A stretch of DNA of 64,000 nt from Octopus vulgaris. Taxonomy: Eukaryota. This document shows, piece by piece, positions 13,029-27,500 of this stretch. The notes below the pieces were generated by a model that saw only the letters and a program-made list of their open reading frames with translations, ran no database searches and was not told where the DNA came from. Location: the NCBI GenBank assembly GCA_951406725.2, contig OX597836.1:50549282-50613281 (forward strand), written 5' to 3'. Both the position numbers and the translations under genes were made by a program. How positions within the stretch are numbered: the first letter of the stretch is position 1; each line of letters starts with the position of its first letter.

Positions 13029-13445
13029 TGGCTATTTTGTAATAGGGTTGATCTGAAAGTATCGTAGGATTAACGAAAATATATTCAGTTCGGCCAGATT
13101 TATTTCTCTTCTGGCCAGCAATTTCTTCAAATACAATTCAGGCTGATGTCGGTGGTACAACGTTGTTCTGTTTTCTGGTGTTTGTTGATGATACAAATGT
13201 ACCGAGGCGGGCCTCACAGAATGCACTGTGATTCCCTTAACTTATTTCTATGTAAAAAGCTCGTAATCTAAATGAGAATTATAGTCTCATACAACAAACT
13301 GCAGAAAAGTGGCTTTCGAATGTGAAAGAAAGTTGTCGCAACCAGGAATCGAAACCAGGCCAGCGAATGTTTACAGCTGTTACTTACATCCTTGTCCCAC
13401 CGTCTTGAAGTGACTCGAGATAAGAAAATTGCATAAAGCCCCAGA

Positions 13446-14177
13446 ATTAATTCGGTACTACGCGCGAACAGTGGTCTCGGTGCGCGCACTCGCTCATCCG
13501 CACTAGCTAGTCGTAAGTAGTCGATCCTACAACGACTTGCGCCTATGTTTGTATTTCAAGGCTGAATACATATCAAAGAAAATTAAATAATATTTTTCGA
13601 ACAAAGTAAATAAAACGCAAAGTAAATAATTTTTTAAACTAAGAAAATAAATTATTTTTATAAACCTGTGTGGTAAGTAGCTTGCTAACCAACCACATGG
13701 CTCCGGGTTCAGTCCCACTGCGTAGCACCTTGGGCAAGTGTCTTCTGCTATAGCCCCGGGCCGACCAATGACTTGTGAGTGGATTTGGTAGACGGAAACT
13801 GAAAGAGGCCTGTCATATATATGTATATATATATATATGTATGTGTGTGTGTTTATGTGTCTGTGTTTGTCCCCCTAGCATTGCTTGACAACCGATGCTG
13901 GTGTGTTTACGTCCCCGTAACTTAGCGGTTCGGCAAAAGAGACCGATAGAATAAGTACTGGGCTTACAAAGAATAAGTCCCGGGGTCGATTTTCTCGACT
14001 AAAGGCGGTGCTCCAGCATGGCCGCAGTCAAATGACTGAAACAAGTAAAAGAGTAAAAAAGAGTAAAAGAGTAAACAAAGGTTAGGGTTAAAAAGTCGTT
14101 GTAGGATCGACTACTTACGACTAGCTAGCGCGAGTGCGCGTGACGGGACCACTGTTCGCTCGTAGTACCGAATTAAT
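13446..14177. mobile_element. MITE-like element with about 90-bp CpG-rich inverted arms, interrupted by a SINE
   Basis: 13446-13538 is an imperfect reverse complement of 14093-14177 (ctagctagtcgtaagtagtcgatcctacaacgactt / aagtcgttgtaggatcgactacttacgactagctag). Confidence 0.7.
13666..14073 (+). mobile_element. tRNA-head SINE, family 1 (well-preserved copy)
   Basis: tgtggtaag...gggttcagtccc head, central microsatellite, tail ggcggtgctccagcatggccgcagtcaaatgactgaaac followed by (gtaaaaga)n. Confidence 0.85.
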
Positions 14178-15993
14178 CGGTTGCTCATTAAACCGGCTGC
14201 TTTGATTCACAACCACACTTTATCACACTTCTGTCAACCGCAAAACTTGATTCTACACTTAACAGTAAGTTTGTTACACAGAAATTGCTATCGATCTCAT
14301 TCACATTTTAATGAACTTAGACTAATTAATTACTTCATAACTTTTAAGCAAATGTTTTCCCAGTATTTATTTTTCTTCTCCTTTTTTATTATTTACAAAT
14401 CTATTTTAGTGTTTCGTTGCTTATTCATTTGGTTGTGTATAAGGTCACAGGGCGATTCTTCACAGTTGTGTAACACATAAAGCGCACCGGGCCACGATCG
14501 CGGCCGTCAGCACAGGTCACGATCGTGGCCCAAATAGATGCTTTTAATTTAAGGGCGTCAGCTGGGGGTCTAGTGTCACTCAAAAGGTCCGATACCCCCC
14601 AGAATGCAAGAGGACTAAATAGTTTAACCCAAGACTTTTTAAGATGATGTAAAACTTATCACCATTATATACTAAGAAGATATTTAAACTATTTTTTGTT
14701 TTTTTTTATGTGTTAATGGTCGTCTCATTTCCATAAAATGTGCTCAGCAGTCCATGCTGTGTAAGTCCCAGCGCTTTATGGGTTAATTTCCAAAATTTAA
14801 AAACTTTTATAGCGTAGTTTTTTTTTTCTTTTTTCTTTTCGTGACCGGTTAATCTAGAAATGAAACCTAATGAACAAGCAACGAAACACTACACGATATC
14901 TTACTATCACGAACGTAAAGAATACGCTCACCCGGTGTTTAGGGTTAAGGTTACCTCCACCTCAAACTTATTTCATAGAACTTAGGTCACCCTTGGGCGG
15001 TTTGGCATGGAAATGGTCAAAACAGTTTTGAAGATAACACAGCAGAGGTCGAGTGTTTGCACCCCGACCTGGATAATTGCCAGACTTAAAAAACCGTAAC
15101 GGGGTCAATCTGTTCGATCGAAACCGTCCATGGCACTGACCCAGCATGACTGCAATCCAATGACTGAAACAAGGGAAAAGATTTATTTTCCAGGATGGAG
15201 AATTATGTTTGTGTTGGTAATTGTTTTTCTCGATATTTGAGAACGGTTTCCTCAGGAAGAAAATGTTTCTTTTTTTCTAAAATAACATTTTGCTGAAGAA
15301 ATACGTTTTCGAGAGTGTAGATAACATAATGTTCATGTTTCGACCATGACTTTGAAAAAAAAAGTGTAAAATGATAAAATTACGGAAATTGCTGTTTGCA
15401 AAAATGATGCAACACTCCGGCTATTTTCTTTCTTTATAAAATTTCATAAACACCCTCGTGATGTACAAGTTGGAAAATAAACATTTATGGCACTTTGCAC
15501 CCCGACCTCACCCGCCTTTCTTTTTCTTTTTTTCTCACGATTTTGCCAGAAACACGTTTCAAACTAAATTAAAATTTAGCCTCTCCCCATCGCATTTTTT
15601 TTTTTTTTTTTCACTTTCTTTTAACTTTTTATAATCCACGTGGAAAAATACGGAGAATCTGAAGAATATTTTTTCTTTAAATTTCAAATTTTCTTCGAGA
15701 ACCTCCCCCATTGCCCCCCTCCCCCCTCCCCACCCTTCCCCCTTTTCAGGGGACAAAACTCCGGATGTTTTACATATTTGGTATGTTCGTTTGCGCATGC
15801 GTAGATTTCTTTCCAAGCAACAGACAGCAAAATATGAAGCCTTCACCAGAAAACTCGATATGCTAGAAATAACAGCTACATGTCTGGAAAATAATTTTCC
15901 TTCGCATTATTTCCGTTTTACGTCTATCATAAGGTCTATGAAAGATGAAGGACGTAATGACATGCTAAAATCCTCAAATTTTGAGGGTTTTAG

Positions 15994-16802
15994 TATCATC
16001 ATCATCATCGTCGTCGTTTAACGTCTGCTTTCCATGCTGGCAAGGGTTGGACGGTTTGACTTAGGGCTGGCAAATCAGAAGGCTGCACCAGGTTCCAATC
16101 CGATCTAGCAGAGTTTCTACAGCTGGATGCCCTTCCTATCGCCAACCATTCCGCAAGTGTAGTGGGTGCTTTTTACATGCCATTGGCACGAGAGCCAGTC
16201 AAGCGGCACTGGCAACGACCACACTCGAATGGTGTTTTTTATGTGCCACCGTTACAGACCCAGTCAGCCGGCACTGGCATCAACAGCGCTTGAATGGTGC
16301 TTTTAATGTGCTACTTGTAGGGACCAGTCAGGCAGCACTGGCATCAACTATACTTGAATGGAGCATTTTACGTGCCACTGGCACAGGTGCCAGTCAGGCA
16401 GTACTGTCATCAGCCACAACAACAATTTCACTTGCCTCAACAGATCTTCGCAAGTGCAGCTTATTGTCCAATGATTGAAGAGCACTCTTAAATGGGCCAG
16501 TCATGCTACACTGGCATAGGCCATGGCTACGGTCTCACTTGGCTTGTCAGGTCTTCTTAAGCACAGCATATCTCCAAAGGTCTCAGTCACTTCTCATTGC
16601 CTTGGTGAGACCCAACGTTTCAAGGTTGTGCTTCACCACTTCATCCTAGGTCTTCCTGGGTCTATCCCTTCCACAGGTTCCCATTACTGCTAGGGTGTGA
16701 CACTTATTCACACAGCTGTTCTCATTCATACACAACACTTGACCATACCTGTGCAATCGTCTCTCTTGCACACCACATCTGATGCTTCTTAAATCCAACT
16801 TG
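15994..16802 (-). mobile_element. Older RTE LINE 3' fragment
   Basis: Diverged match to 9768-10970: (cat)n tail, ggatgcccttcc..gccaacca motif, about 60-bp UTR repeats and the RT C-terminus. Confidence 0.82.
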
Positions 16803-17293
16803 ATGGATTTCATTAATTTTATCTAAGATCAAGGTTTTAAATCCATTTTTCATTAATTGGAAAATAAAAGTTGATTTCGATTGGAGTTGAGTCTGTCCAG
16901 GGCAAATAAGGATATTTCATGTTTGTTTTTATTCTTCCCTAAATCTCGACTTTCAAAATGTATTTCAATTTTGATACAAAGCCACAAATTATTTTCGTGT
17001 TGTGTCTATAAAGAAATGTTATCGAGTTACTGATTTGCAACAAACTCCATTACCCAGCCATGCCATACACTACTTGTGACCCATGACCTGGTAGATCAAT
17101 ATTTTATCTATATTATCAATTTTATCAATGTTTTATCTGTTCAGGTATTTTGTTTCTGATTTTTGTTTTGTTTGCCAGGATCTCACTTCCAATCTCACCT
17201 TTTAATAAATTTAATCAAGTAAGAATTTGATTTTCTTTTTCTTGTAGCAGTCAACAACAACAACAACAGCAACAACAACACAAGCTTTTCACA

Positions 17294-17425
17294 ATGGACA
17301 AATGGGTTAAACGGACAGCCTTGGTTACTGGGGCTTCGTGTGGCATTGGTGCCGCTATATGCAGAAAGTTGGTGAAGTCTGGCATGAATGTTGTTGGTTG
17401 CGGAAGAAATGTGCAGCGCATCCAA
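17294..17425 (+). CDS. DHRS11: DHRS11-like B coding exon 1
   Basis: MDKWVKRTALVTGASCGIGAAICRKLVKSGMNVVGCGRNVQRIQ, then gtaatt donor. Confidence 0.92.
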
Positions 17426-20400
17426 GTAATTTTTATGTCTTTGAGATTTTCTAATCACTTTCTTTCTTTATTTGTCTCTCCTTCCTTCATATACACTCTC
17501 ACATTTGTCTCTCTTTCCTTCATATACACCCTCTTATTTCTCTCTCCTTCCTTCATATACACTCATATTTGTCTCTCCTTCATATACACTCCCTTATTTA
17601 TCTCTCCTCATTAACAGAAGTACTGAATGAATGTTTTCCATTAATCACAAAATTAGACTTTTACCTATAATGATTAGCAATGTGTGTCATTAATCATACT
17701 AATGAGATAGTGTGGAAGTATGCGACTATAAAATGACAAATAGAGAAAGTAAGTGAGTGGCCGTAGCAGAAGTAAAATGTAAGTAGAAGGTGTTTGTCGC
17801 AGCACTTGGAATGAGAAACAAGCAAACAGAGAAAGCGAGAGAAATAAAATGGATCAGAGTCGAGGTTAGCTTTGTGTCACTTTAAGCAGGACAAGGAATG
17901 GAAAACACAAGCATTATTATGAAACCCACTTTCACAATGAACTTTGTGTTAGAATTACTTCTGGATAAACGATAATTACATTTAAATCTATTGTAAAATT
18001 TAGTGAAGCCTGCTCCAGTCTTCTGCCTAGCCAATTCCTGTCAAACCGTCAAACCGTCCAACCCATGCCAGCATGGAAAGTGGATGTTAGATGGTGATGA
18101 TGATGAGGCACAAGTGTGGCTGTGTTGTAATAAGTTTGCTCCCCAACCTCATGGTGCCAGGTTGTGACACACTGTGTGACATCTTAGATGAGAGTATTCT
18201 GCTATAGCCTTGGGCTCACATATGTGTGTGTGTGTTGTTGCTTACCAACTGGTGTTGGTTTGTTTATATCCCTGTAACTTAGCAGTTTGATAAAACAAAA
18301 CTGACAGAATATGTATCAGGTTTACAGGTACATAGGGAGTTCGATTTGTGAGTCTAAAACTCTTCAAGATGTTGCTCCAGCATGGTCGCAGTCTAGTGAC
18401 TGAAAGCAAGTAAATGATAGGCACTGACATGGTTGTGTGGTAAAAAGCTCAGTTTGCAAGCACGTACTTTCAGGTTCAGTCCCACTGCTCAGCGTCTTAG
18501 GCAAGTGTCTTCTGTCATAGCTCTGGGGCCAACCAAATAAGTACTGCTGTTGATTAGTTTGGTGGTCCTCCAGTATGGCCACGGTCCAATGACTGAAGCA
18601 AGGAAATGATAATAGATAGTACCACCATTTTTATATAAGTACTTTTAACCGTAATTCAAATATTTTGAGAACTGTTAAAAATTTCAGAAGCAAACAAAAA
18701 CCTAATATTTTTCATTGCACAAATGGCATCTTATGCATGTGTCTTCTGTTGTAGCCCTGGGTCAAGCAAAAACTTGTGAATAGATTTGGTTGACAGAAAT
18801 TGTATGGAGGCTCATCATGTATGTGTGTGTGTGTCTGAGAGAGAGAGCCTTGTCTTCACATCACATGATGGTTGTAGAAGAGTGTCGCCCCATTCAAGAG
18901 ACCCTTGTTTTCAGCCTTCCATGAAAACATGTCCAGTTATGGGAAAATATTAACCTTGCTTGAAGGACAGGTGAGGGTTGGCAACAGGAAGAGCACCTGG
19001 CCTTAGAAAATCTACTTTAACAATTTTAACGTTTTGAACCTTCAAGAATTTGTACGGGATTTCTGCAGAGTTTTGAATTTTTCTGTAAACATTTCTTTGC
19101 AATTGTCTGATAATACAGACATAGACTTGCCCATATACATCAATAAATTAACATTGATAATTTTTTCAATGTTGTTGCAATCATCTGAAGTGGAACTGTC
19201 AAAGCATGGTATTCGAGCAATTTTGCTCTTCATCTTCAAAAAAGGACGTAAAGCAGCTGAAACTGAATGCGATATCAACGAAATGTTTGGTGAGGAAATG
19301 ACCAGTAAGTGGTCAGCTTGAAAATGGTTTAAACGATTTCACAGTTGAGACCTGAGCCTTGAAGATTGCAAGTGTAGTGGACGCCCATCTGTCATCAATG
19401 ATGGTCAATTAAAGACTGTCATTGAGAAAGATTCACATAAAACAACACAAGAACTGGCAAAAGAACTTCAAGTGAGCTAGAAAACTGCCTGCAACCATTT
19501 GCATGAGATCAGAAAAACATAAAAGTTCAACAAATGGGTACCACACAATTTGAATGAAAATCAGAAAATGCACAGATATGAAATTTGCTTGTCATTTCTC
19601 CTCCATAACCAGGCTGATCCATTTCCCGATCGTATAGTAACTTGTGACGAAAAGTGGATAATAAATGTTCTTTGCAGTGGTTGGATCAAAATGAAGCAGT
19701 GGAAACCTTCCCTAAACCCAAGCCCTTCAAAAAGAAGGTTATGGTGACTGTTTGGTGGTGTTGTACTGCTAGACTCATCCACTATAATTTCTTAAAACCG
19801 GGAAAAACCATTACTGCAGAAACATATTTCTATGAAATTATCAAAATGAATGAAAGACTGATACTCCGCCATCCCAGACTGGTCAACAGAAGAAGGCCAA
19901 TCATTCTTCAAGACAATGCTTGACCACACATATCACTGATGCTCCAGAAGTTGGAGGAACTTGGCTACAAAGTTCTTCCCCACCCAGCTTATTCCCCAGA
20001 CCTTTCTCCTATCGACTACCATTTTCTCAAGCACCTTGATGGTTTCAAAAATCAAACTGATGCTGAAAATATGTTCAAAGAGTTCATCAGTTCCAGAACT
20101 CCAGATTTTTATGTTAGCAGAATAAACAAACTTGTAACTCGTTGGCAAAAATGTGTTGATTGTCATGGTACTTACTTTGATGAATAAAAATTCTGCATTG
20201 TTGAAATATATTGTGATGAATTTCATGTTTCAAAATGTTGCTAACCTTTAACTCAGCCTGATAAATATTAGCTCTCAAGCATTATCCATTGTTAATCTAT
20301 TAATGATAATGAGCATTTAATCTATTTACTTATGTATTAGCTACCATCAAATCCACAGTTAATCTCATGCATTGTAATATATTGTTAAATCTCTGGGTTG

Positions 20401-23400
20401 ACATTTCCCTCTTAATTTACTCATTATTCACTGATTGTTAAGTTTCTGGTTAATCCAGTTAACTATTGTTAATCTGTTCTTAAATATCTTTTAATCTGTT
20501 ATCCAATGTTAATCAACTGTTTTCTGTTGCTAATCTATCCCAGGAAATCTCTGATGAACTGAAAGGTGAAGCCGGTTCCTTGTTAGCCTTGAAATGTGAC
20601 CTCAACAATGAGTCTGATATCCTGTCTATGTTTGGGACCATCAAGTCCCATTATGGAGGAGTGGATGTGTGCATCAACAATGCAGGACTGGCCCACGCTG
20701 AGCCACTGCTTACTGGGGACACTAACAAATGGCGGGAGATGTTCAATGTAAGTGGTTTCTTGTCCTTGATTGCTAATGGAAGCAGCCAGCATAGAAAATA
20801 TTGTTAGAATTATTTTTTGTTTCCAAGCTTCTTGTGGCAGTGTTATGTTGAGTTTCCCTGCCTTCAAAAATCTTGGTTCTCTGCAAGAATCTATGCCATG
20901 ATGATTGATATTGAAGCATGGATCTTGAAGGTGGAAATTCTACAAAAGTTGCAAAAATATTAGCTCGAAAATGTAGGGTCCATGTGATCTGAAAATGTGC
21001 CTTGGTGCGAAAGGCATGAATCACCTGTAAGGAAGTTGGCTGCATTGATAAAGATTAATTAACTCAAGATTAATTAGGACTAGACATTTGGATGTGTCGT
21101 TTTCTTCATAAACTAAAATTAATCTGTAACCTTGGAGACATATCACTGCTGAATGTTTTGTTTGTAATAGTTTATGCAAAGAGTGTAGAAAGGGTTTAAG
21201 TCCACCTGGGTAACAACATCTCCTTCCAATTTATTGTCAATGAAATAGCTTAACTTTAAACTGATACTCTGTTCGTTACGATGACAAGGATCCCAGTTAA
21301 TCCGATCAATGGAATGGCCTGCTTGTGAAATTAATGTGCAAGTGGCTGAGTACTCCACAGACATGTGTGCCCTTAACATAGTTCTCAGGGAGATTCAACA
21401 GGACACGGAGTGTAACAACGCTGGCCCTTTGAATTTTGCCAGCTGAGTTAACTGGAGCAACGTGAAGTAAAGTGTCTTGCTTGAGGACACACCACACCAC
21501 TGGGTATTGAACCTAAGACCTTATGATCAGGAGCCTAATGCCCTGACCACTAAGCTACCCAGTCCAGATGGATCTAATTAGCTTAACTAGAAATTGAAGC
21601 TGGATCATAGATAATACATCCAGGACACCAAATCCAAAGCAATCCAATATCCTTCACTCGTAAAACTCCTGTCAATGTATTCCAGACATGCCCACCTCTA
21701 AGCGCTGGTTACATATCTGTACATGGAACCTCAAGAAATGATTAAATGCTATCACTTTCCATTTTTTGTCTGCAGGTGAATGTCTTGGCTCTTAGCATCT
21801 GTACAAGAGAATCTTTTAAATCCATGACGGAACGAAATGTGATGGATGGTCATTTCATCCACATAAATAGGTCTGCTATTTTGGTTTCTTATATGGTTTA
21901 GTGTGGGTGGGGTAACATAAAACATTGGATCCTAATCGGTGCTGGTCTTTCACTCCTTCTGTTTTTGGGTGGTTTATGTTTTGCTTTATTTGGGTGAGTT
22001 GCAGCACTTGCCCAGCCTGAAGAGCAACAGTCCCAAGTGAGTGACCAGCAATGGTAACATTGCTCCAAATGGGTGCAAAGTACCTCACAACAAACAGCAC
22101 TTCAAAAATACTATTGTGTATCATTTCACGTCCGGGCCATGACTGCTGAGGACATGCGTAAACTCGCAAGGAATGAAGCCAGTATGCTCCGATGGATGTG
22201 TAATGTCTGTGCATACTCAACAGAGTGTTAGTTCCTTGAGAGAAAGGTTGGACCTAAGAAGCATCAGATGTGGTGTGCAAGAGAGATGACTGCGCTGGTA
22301 TGGTCATGTGGCGAGAATGGATGTGGATAGCTGTGTGAAAAAGTGCCAATGATACTATTGTGTATCATTTCACGTCCATGTTACATGCTGTCATGGGTTG
22401 GACGATTTGACAGGCTCTGATGTGTCCAAGGACTGCTTCCTGCTCCAATGTCTGCTTTGGCATTTTCCTATGGTTGGATGCCCTTCCCAATACCAACCAC
22501 TTTACAACCTGTGCTGTGAGGAGGAGTATCTTTATGGTTGGGGATGAGAGAAGGGGCCAGAGCAGAACAGGGCCCTTGCTGTTCAGGAGGAGCTACATGA
22601 CTACTCCCTTTGTTTTCCCTGACTTATGAACTCTTAGCTTGTATGAAATGCTCTCTCAATGACTCATCTAATCAGTTTCTGAATCAAAACAGCTTGTCTG
22701 AATTTATCTGATTTTATTTCTATTTTGTGTTTATATTAAAACAAAACAAAAACCAAACCAAACTGTAGTATGTCTGGACACAGAGTGGTCGACTTACCAG
22801 ATGCTCACTTCTACAGTGCAACTAAGTTTGCTGTGACTTCACTAATCACAGGACTCAGGAATGAGCTACGAAGACTCGAATCTGATATCAGAGTCACGGT
22901 AAGTAATGAGTCTACTTTTTAACTAAGCTTCACTTATATGTATATATGTGTGTATATAAAATTAATATAGACAGCAGTTAGCAATGTTTTACCAAAAAGG
23001 AAAATTATAATTGTCACTGAATGTGACTAGGGTGTTGAAAAAACACCAACATTGCTAGAAATAAGAGCTAAACCACTCTAATGCTTCTCTATTAGTATAT
23101 ATGTTTTCGTTATCCAAATTAGTGAATGATTTAGCGAATGGCTAATGTGTATACATAGAATTAATATAAACAGCAGTTTGCATTGTTTTACCAAAAACAA
23201 GAATTATAATCGTTGCTGAATGTGAATAAGGTGTTGAAAAACAGTTGCATTGCTTCCGCATTAGAACATGTTAGCTCTTGTTTCTCGCCATGTATGTGTT
23301 TCTAACACCCTAGTCACATATAGTGACAATTATAGGTATTTATATATATATATGCATGTATAGATATGTGTGTATATATATATGTATTGATATATATGTA

Positions 23401-24540
23401 TATATATATATATAAATATAACCACTATGTGGTCGACTCTAGCACTAAAAATAGATCCGCTAGGTTTCAGCCATGAAGAATTGTTTCCGATGAAAGTTAG
23501 CACGACTACTAGTGCAAACGAACAGGGCAAATAAAAATAACAAAAATGCAGATTATTAATAGCGAAACAATTGTCCTGAACTAATCTGCATTTTTGTTAT
23601 TTTTATTTGCCCTGTTCGTTTGCGCTAGTAGTCGTGCTAACTTTCATCGGAAACAATTCTTCATGGCTGAAACCTAGCGGATCTATTTTTAGTGCTAGAG
23701 TCGACCACATACTCTCTTATATTTATGTATAAAATTTATCGTAATCCATGTTTTTTATGCACTAAGCCACTTGGTGTTAAATGGATGTACTATTAAATTA
23801 GTATCCAATTTTCTCATCCTTATTAGTTGATTGATATAAATATATATATATATATATATAAACTAAAATCATTGAACAAGCAAATACAAAGTCAACCGCA
23901 TGTCATTTCATAATTCGAACATTTAATTATAGAATAAACATATAATCCGCAAGATGGAACAAAATTCATATGTACAGCACGTAATAATAATAATATAATA
24001 TTAATATGGTTTGGTGCAAGAAAAATTCTTGTTAAAACTTAGAATTAATATTCAAGCGATTCAAAGAGAATACATTTATAAGGACGTAGAAAGTAAAATA
24101 TAATATAAGTAATATATAAAAATATATAGGTAAATAAAAATATAGGCATATAAAAATATATAAAACATATATAAATATATATACATATGGGAGCATATAA
24201 AAATATAACATATATATATATATATCGTGTAAATAAAGTAAAATAATGTTCATCGTTTAGAAATCTTAATCGGTAAAATAAGCCTTATATATAAGAAGGA
24301 AATCATGTTTACTTATCCCTATGGCCATTTCAGGGGTGTATTATGTTTAAAGCACTAGGGTGCATTTCGATAATACCTCCTTTGTCAGGGGAAAAAACAT
24401 ATATATAAACGCAAAGATAGCCATCACGCACCAGGCCCGTACGGTGTTGTTTGCTTTCCCACTTTGGTATTCATGCACGGATAACCCAAAGGACAAAGCA
24501 GTGAAGAATTTTTTTCCTTTTAAAAGCAGTAGAGGAAGCG

Positions 24541-24571
<31 letters not shown>

Positions 24572-27500
24572 TTCAAATCAAATTAATTCCAATGAATTAA
24601 AATTGAACTAAATTGACTTAAAAGGAGCCTCCGTGGTTTCAAATCCTGCAAAACTTAAATACTTTTATTTTTCAATTTATTTACTTTCTATATACTCAAA
24701 AAGAATGGGTTTCCTTAACTAAATTAAACTGACTTAACTGGGTTAAAATTAAATTAAATTAAATTGAGCCTTCGAGGTTTCAATTCCTGCAATATCTAAA
24801 CCAGTTATTTTTATTTTTTTACAACTTATCTTTTCGTAAATCCATTACTTACTACAATTTATTTTATTCCCGTAGATTTTCAGGAATGTAGAAGAAAATT
24901 TATGTACGCAAAAGGGGATAACGTCCGTAAATTTATTCAGAATGTGCGGTCCATAACACCTAAGGATGGTAAGCGATTCCCTTATACATAGCCTACACTT
25001 GCTGATGTTTCTCTTGAAGTTTGGGATTTTAGAAATGATGGACCATTCTAGGAAATAATTCTTATTGTTCTTTCTCAGGTTGTGTATATGCGATGCAAGT
25101 GTAGTTGAGTTAAAGTATTTTTCGTTATTAAAAGAGCTCATGTGTGACCTATATCGCGCCTTAAAATCCATTGTACTACCTATATAAAATTTGTTTAGAT
25201 TATCTACGTCCCTAACTACACATTTATATATTACGTTGGTAACCAGACATGAACCATCTAAAGGACATAATTTGGGTTTCCTACAGTTACATGTCTTATC
25301 GGGGCCTTTCCTAATTTTTTTCCTATTATTATCCTTACTTATTTTATCTCCAGTTCCAGACGGGTTTTCGCTCATTCCTTCCCTCTAAACGAAGAGATTT
25401 TTGAGCAACATGCACCAGTGTATAATAATGCCCTAAGTTTAAGTGGTTTCAAGTCTAAAATATTCTATATCCTTAATACTAGACTAAAAAACAGGATGGC
25501 TGGTTTGCCAATTGAGCAAGTTGCAATTACTACAGATAAATACAATAATAAATACTGTAATAATAATAGGTTTTTGAATAATAATTATAATAAAAATAAT
25601 ACGTCTAGGAATAATAAGAGGCCTTTAAATAATAATATGTTTAGGGATAACAGCAGTAAGGGTAGGTATAAGGAAATTAAAAATCCTGATAAGAAGTTAA
25701 ACAAAACAGGAAGCTCACGGCCTAGAATAAGGGAAGTTATTTGGTTCGCTCCCCCTTAGAGTAAGGAATTTACCAAAACTATTTTTTAAGATTCTGAAGG
25801 AAAACTTCCCAAGGGACCACAAATATTATAGCATCTGCAATAAGTCGACAATAAAATTCTCCTATTCTGTAATGCCTAACTTTGCTTCCATTATTGTATT
25901 TATCTGTAGTAATTGCAACTTGCTCTATTGGCAAACCAGCCATCCTGTTTTTTAGTCTAGTATTAAGGATATAGAATATTTTAGACTTGAAACCACTTAA
26001 ACTTAGGGCATTATTATACACTGGTGCATGTTGCTCAAAAATCTCTTCGTTTAGAGGGAAGGAATGAGCGAAACCCGTCTGGAACTGGAGATAAAATAAG
26101 TAAGGATAATAATAGGAAAAAAATTAGGAAAGGCCCCGATAAGACATGTAACTGTAGGAAACCCAAATTATGTCCTTTAGATGGTTCATGTCTGGTTACC
26201 AACGTAATATATAAATGTGTAGTTAGGGACGTAGATAATCTAAACAAATTTTATATAGGTAGTACAATGGATTTTAAGGCGCGATATAGGTCACACATGA
26301 GCTCTTTTAATAACGAAAAATACTTTAACTCAACTACACTTGCATCGCATATACACAACCTGAGAAAGAACAATAAGAATTATTTCCTAGAATGGTCCAT
26401 CATTTCTAAAATCCCAAACTTCAAGAGAAACATCAGCAAGTGTAGGCTATGTATAAGGGAATCGCTTACCATCCTTAGGTGTTATGGACCGCACATTCTG
26501 AATAAATTTACGGACGTTATCCCCTTTTGCGTACATAAATTTTCTTCTACATTCCTGAAAATCTACGGGAATAAAATAAATTGTAGTAAGTAATGGATTT
26601 ACGAAAAGATAAGTTGTAAAAAAATAAAAATAACTGGTTTAGATATTGCAGGAATTGAAACCTCGAAGGCTCAATTTAATTTAATTTAATTTTAACCCAG
26701 TTAAGTCAGTTTAATTTAGTTAAGGAAACCCATTCTTTTTGAGTATATAGAAAGTAAATAAATTGAAAAATAAAAGTATTTAAGTTTTGCAGGATTTGAA
26801 ACCACGGAGGCTCCTTTTAAGTCAATTTAGTTCAATTTTAATTCATTGGAATTAATTTGATTTGAAATTTTTTTTTTACCGCTTCCTCTACTGCTTTAAA
26901 AGGAAAAAATTCTTCACTGCTTTGTCCTTTGGGTTATCCGTGCATGAATACCAAAGTGGGAAAGCAAACAACACCGTACGGGCCTGGTGCGTGATGGCTA
27001 TCTTTGCGTTTATATATATGTTTTTTCCCCTGACAAAGGAGGTATTATCGAAATGCACCCTAGTGCTTTAAACATAATACACCCCTGAAATGGCCATAGG
27101 GATAAGTAAACATGATTTCCTTCTTATATATAAGGCTTATTTTACCGATTAAGATTTCTAAACGATGAACATTATTTTACTTTATTTACACGATATATAT
27201 ATATATATGTTATATTTTTATATGCTCCCATATGTATATATATTTATATATGTTTTATATATTTTTATATGCCTATATTTTTATATACCTATATATTTTT
27301 ATATATTACTTATATTATATTTTACTTTCTACGTCCTTTTATAAATGTATTCTCTTTGAATCGCTAGAATATTAATTCTAAGTTTTAACAAGAATTTTTC
27401 TTGCACCAAACCATATTAATATTATATTATTATTATTACGTGCTGTACATATGAATTTTGTTCCATCCTGCGGGTTATATGTTTATTCTATAATTAAATG

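Noticed and set aside
13666-13730. tRNA gene
   Set aside because: A/B-box-like head belongs to a multi-copy SINE; no full cloverleaf.
14078-14092. ggttagggtta telomere-like motif (also near 14940)
   Set aside because: Fewer than two full units, inside a MITE-like repeat; not a telomeric array.
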